Shown piece by piece: positions 60,680 through 64,000 of a stretch of DNA of 64,000 bases. Below the pieces are notes generated by a model. The model did not search any database. It worked only from the letters and a program-made list of their open reading frames with translations, and was not told the DNA's origin. Source of the stretch: Octopus sinensis (taxonomy: Eukaryota); assembly GCF_006345805.1 (NCBI RefSeq), contig NW_021836128.1, forward strand, positions 1 to 64,000, written 5' to 3'. Within the stretch, counting starts at the first letter, position 1; each line of letters starts with the position of its first letter. The translations under genes were made by a program, and so were the position numbers.

Positions 60680-62793
60680 GAATTATATTTTTAACATCGG
60701 CAATTGCGTAATCAGAAAGGTGTATTTTGATAATAATAAAAAACACGATAAAATAGTATTCCTTTTAACCTATTTCATAGATGGGTTACTTGCATCCTAC
60801 AAAATTGCCCATATTGTTGCTAAAAATAATGCTACCCATTTTTCGGGTAAAGTTGGGACATAATCCATCTGAAATTTTAAAAGTAGTGCGACCATTTTTA
60901 TGTAGCTAGAATTTACCTTTGAGTAATGATACGATTCGTCGCCGAATTGACGAAATGTCTGAAAGCGTCGAAGATTCCTTAAAAAATATACTTAGAAAAA
61001 CTGTTTTTTCGTTGCAGATTGACGAATGTCTGGTATGTGATAATAAATCTATATTAATGGCCTATGTTAGGTAGGTATTTTAAATAATATTTTGTTAAGA
61101 TTTTTTAACGAACAAATAGTTTTTTGTGAAGAGATTTTGTTTATCAGACCTTTAATAACAGAATCTACCGGAGAGTCAATTTTTAATGTATTGAAAACGT
61201 ATTTTGAAGAAAAACAAATTCCATTTTACAATTTAACTACATGTGCTACGGACGGTGCAATGGCCATTGTTGGAAAGTACAAAGGATTTGCGTCTTTTTT
61301 GAAACAAAAATGTCCGAATTTAATTCATATTCATTGCGTATTACACCGCCATCACTATGTTTGACGTCAGAGTTACAATAATTACATTCTGTGAAAAGTT
61401 AAAGAATTATAGACATAACTTTGAATCAGGCAAATGCGATTTTCTATATCCAGTATGTGAAGCATTTAATCAATTTGATATAAAAATTTTTGTTGGTCAT
61501 CTAATTAATTTGGAAAAGGAAATGACAATCAGATTTGAAGACGTGATTAATATAGAAATACCAAGATGGATGATAAATCCTTTTTTGACTAGCACTGAAG
61601 AGGTGCAAATGGATTTGCAAGATGAATTTATTGGTATTTTTTATCATATTATTTTTTAACTATCAAAGTAATAATACAAATGAGCGAAAATGATTATCAT
61701 AATCTTAAGCTGTTGATGATCGAGAAGACGTTGCCCCTCAGGATCGCAATGGATATTCTTTGGAACAACCATTGCTTCTCCCGAGGCTCTCTCCGTCTTC
61801 TCGAGATCAGATTATTTTTTATAGAAATTAAATATAATTATTCTTACAAGATTTTGTTTTAAAGCCAGGATTTGTCTACCTTTTGGCGGAAAAAGAAATT
61901 TAAAGACAAATTTCCAAAGATTTGGGAACAAATAATTAAAATTTTATTATGTTTTCCAACAACATATCTTGTGGAATCAGGATTCAGCGTAATAAACAGA
62001 ATATTGAGCAATAAACGTAACAAGCTTGATATTTGCTCGCGAAGAGATGTCAGATTATTTTTAACACGCTTGGACCCTGATATTCAGGAACTAATTAAAA
62101 TGCAGGGATCATTTTTTTAATTTAAATATATGTACAATATAATTAATAGAGAATTAATGTCGTGAACTTGAGGGTTAGTCCGACGACGAAGCACTGCGGA
62201 TAGAGAGGCAGTTCCCGCGAAGAATTGCAACCGAGATGCGCTGGAAAAGCCAGCTCGTCTCCCTCCGGTCATTTGTATTCTGTGAGATTCTTCCTCCCAC
62301 AACCCGTAACAGATTTTCTACCTTCTTTCCAACCACACCGGAGGTCTCAAAGGCTAGGGGGACAAACTCAACGACGTTCGGAAGCACAGCGTACTTCGTC
62401 AACTTCCTTTCTTCTGCCAGCGCACATGCGTAGCCTGGTGTACTGGCTGTTCCTGTGAGCACAGTATCTGAAAAGGAGTCGACGCAAGTTACATCCCAAA
62501 CAAGAGACCTTCCTCCTCTAAAGGGGAATATAGTCATCCCGTCAGGACGCTTTCCGTCACTGCGGCAGAGCCCAATAGGTTCAAGGGTCGATGGGAATCC
62601 CGCAGAGTCCAAAGCCCTTTTCACCACTTCATTGAGGAGGACGTGGCGGGGAAATCGGCCAGCACTCCTCCTACAGGACAATGCACCCGGATTAAAAACG
62701 GTCAAAAATCCGTCGCGATATTCCGTGAAAGATTTGAACAACATTGCCATAAAAGTGGACTTTAATGCTCATATTTAGATTCTAATATCGTCC

Positions 62794-62824
<31 letters not shown>

Positions 62825-62990
62825 AATGCATGAAAACCAAGGCTCTCATTAAATAGTTAAAAAAAGATTTTAAGTCAATAAAATTAATTAAAAAATTAAA
62901 TAAGTCTTTGTTTCTTTGGTACACGAAATAACTTGGTTTGGTACATTGACGTTTTTTTTTGGTACACCAAAAAAAGGTTGAGAATCACTG
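60680..62990 (+). mobile_element. hAT (Buster/Charlie, ZBED5/SCAND3-like) transposon, left end missing
   Basis: LPLSNDTIRRRIDEM, FSLQIDE, CATDGA, IHCVLHRH, FPTTYLVESGFS. Right TIR GGTTGAGAATCACTG ends at 62990. The C-terminal codons IKMHENQGSH* are split by the retro-insertion. Confidence 0.88.
62105..62820 (+). mobile_element. Chimeric retro-insertion: inverted CRE 3' piece + HIPK fragment + poly(A)
   Basis: TSD (AA)TTAAAATGCA at 62093-62104 / 62819-62830. CRE antisense ~62136-62684. 62694-62797 matches HIPK 20836-20939. A-run 62795-62820. Confidence 0.88.
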
Positions 62991-63360
62991 CTATAAAATT
63001 TAGTAATGCCGTGAAAATAAAACTAAAAGATTTCAATCGTTTTGGATAAAATTTATTCAGTAGTTTGGTGAATACTATTATGATTATTTTTCAATAAATA
63101 ATAATTTCGCATCAATTAGTAGAAATTAAATTATCTCTAATCGATGAACATTTTGAGGGATTTTAATTAGAAAAAAAGCACGTTATAATTTGTTTAATTA
63201 TAATTTTATTATCAACTCAAATTTCATGGACCCGCTTTTATCATCAAAAAATAGAAGGAAAATCAAAAAGACTTAATAGTCCATCCCGTGTTTAATTTTT
63301 CCTGTTTTTACCTTAGTCTCGATGTTAAAAAATTAAAAAAATCAACTAATTAATTAATAA

Positions 63361-64000
63361 TCAATTATGATTTCATTATTTTGTGACAGGTTGTGTTTTA
63401 TATGCTGCCCGATAACGTCAATTGAATCTAATAAATGCCTAAAATGTACATCAACTTTCAATCCTGTTGTTGGACTGAATTATGAGATTGCCTTGGATTC
63501 GGTCTATCAATTATACAAACACTCTAACAGGGGCGCAGAACCGATCAAAGTTGGGCTTGACAAACCGCTCATAGACCTTTAAAAATTCCATCAATGTCCC
63601 TCCCACGTGACTGCATGTCTCTCCGAACTGTCAAAATTATATACGAACATTAACTTCTACGAATAAGCCTAGTTTCTGCATCACATTTGATGAATAATTT
63701 AAGATCGCACATTTCACTGATTGTTTTGTTATGAAATGTCAGGATTCCTTCGATGATGATCACCCTCGACGGCGGGATTTCCTTGACTTTGTCCTTGACT
63801 CTAACACAGTCGAATTCTAGCACCAACCTACTGTGGGTCTTGTAGTCGTACACTGGGATTTCGACGGGCTTAAACTGCATCACATCATTTAGTTTCTCGA
63901 TGGCCAAATCCATGTCAAATGCTTCTATTTGTAAGTGGGACAAAGTGACCTGGATTGTCAAAGTCGTAGTCACCGTTGTACGCTGCGGTTAATTCCTCGG
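63361..64000 (-). CDS. UCK: Second uridine kinase copy (3' part; 5' end beyond the window), within a duplication of 14555-15390
   Basis: Near-identical to 14750-15390, with a +1 and a -1 homopolymer indel relative to copy 1 (real frameshift or sequencing error). Confidence 0.8.

Overview
This window is AT-rich eukaryotic DNA, almost certainly metazoan, from a lineage with a compact gene architecture. Host genes carry very short spliceosomal introns, mostly 23-30 nt. That fits a reduced-genome parasite such as a myxozoan, dicyemid or orthonectid, but this is inference and the species cannot be determined. Recognisable host genes: a CD2BP2-like gene behind a near-perfect heat-shock element, uridine kinase (two copies), a HIPK-family kinase, a BPTF/NURF301-like gene with only the N-terminal half, PXK, ARID4-like, a damaged NRAMP, two degenerate iRhom-like copies and an Ig-like membrane protein. 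About half the window is transposon-derived. The largest element is a non-autonomous Helitron, present once at the window start and as a three-unit head-to-tail array at 47.2-59.1 kb; each unit holds an internal 96-bp tandem repeat of 17-22 copies. Other elements are RTE-like and CRE-like non-LTR retroelements, a tRNA-derived SINE, pogo/Tigger, hAT (Buster/Charlie-like) and Ginger-like integrase elements. The first 10 kb is a mosaic of blocks duplicated at 30.8-34.5, 39.8-41.9 and 47-50 kb. The most unusual items are the Helitron array with precisely repeated 3'-truncated junctions, a TSD-flanked chimeric retro-insertion (inverted CRE piece + unspliced HIPK fragment + poly(A)), the micro-introns, and the half-BPTF gene. 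Single-base indels between near-identical copies suggest some long-read error, so frameshift-based pseudogene calls are tentative. All family assignments come from recalled motifs, not database searches.
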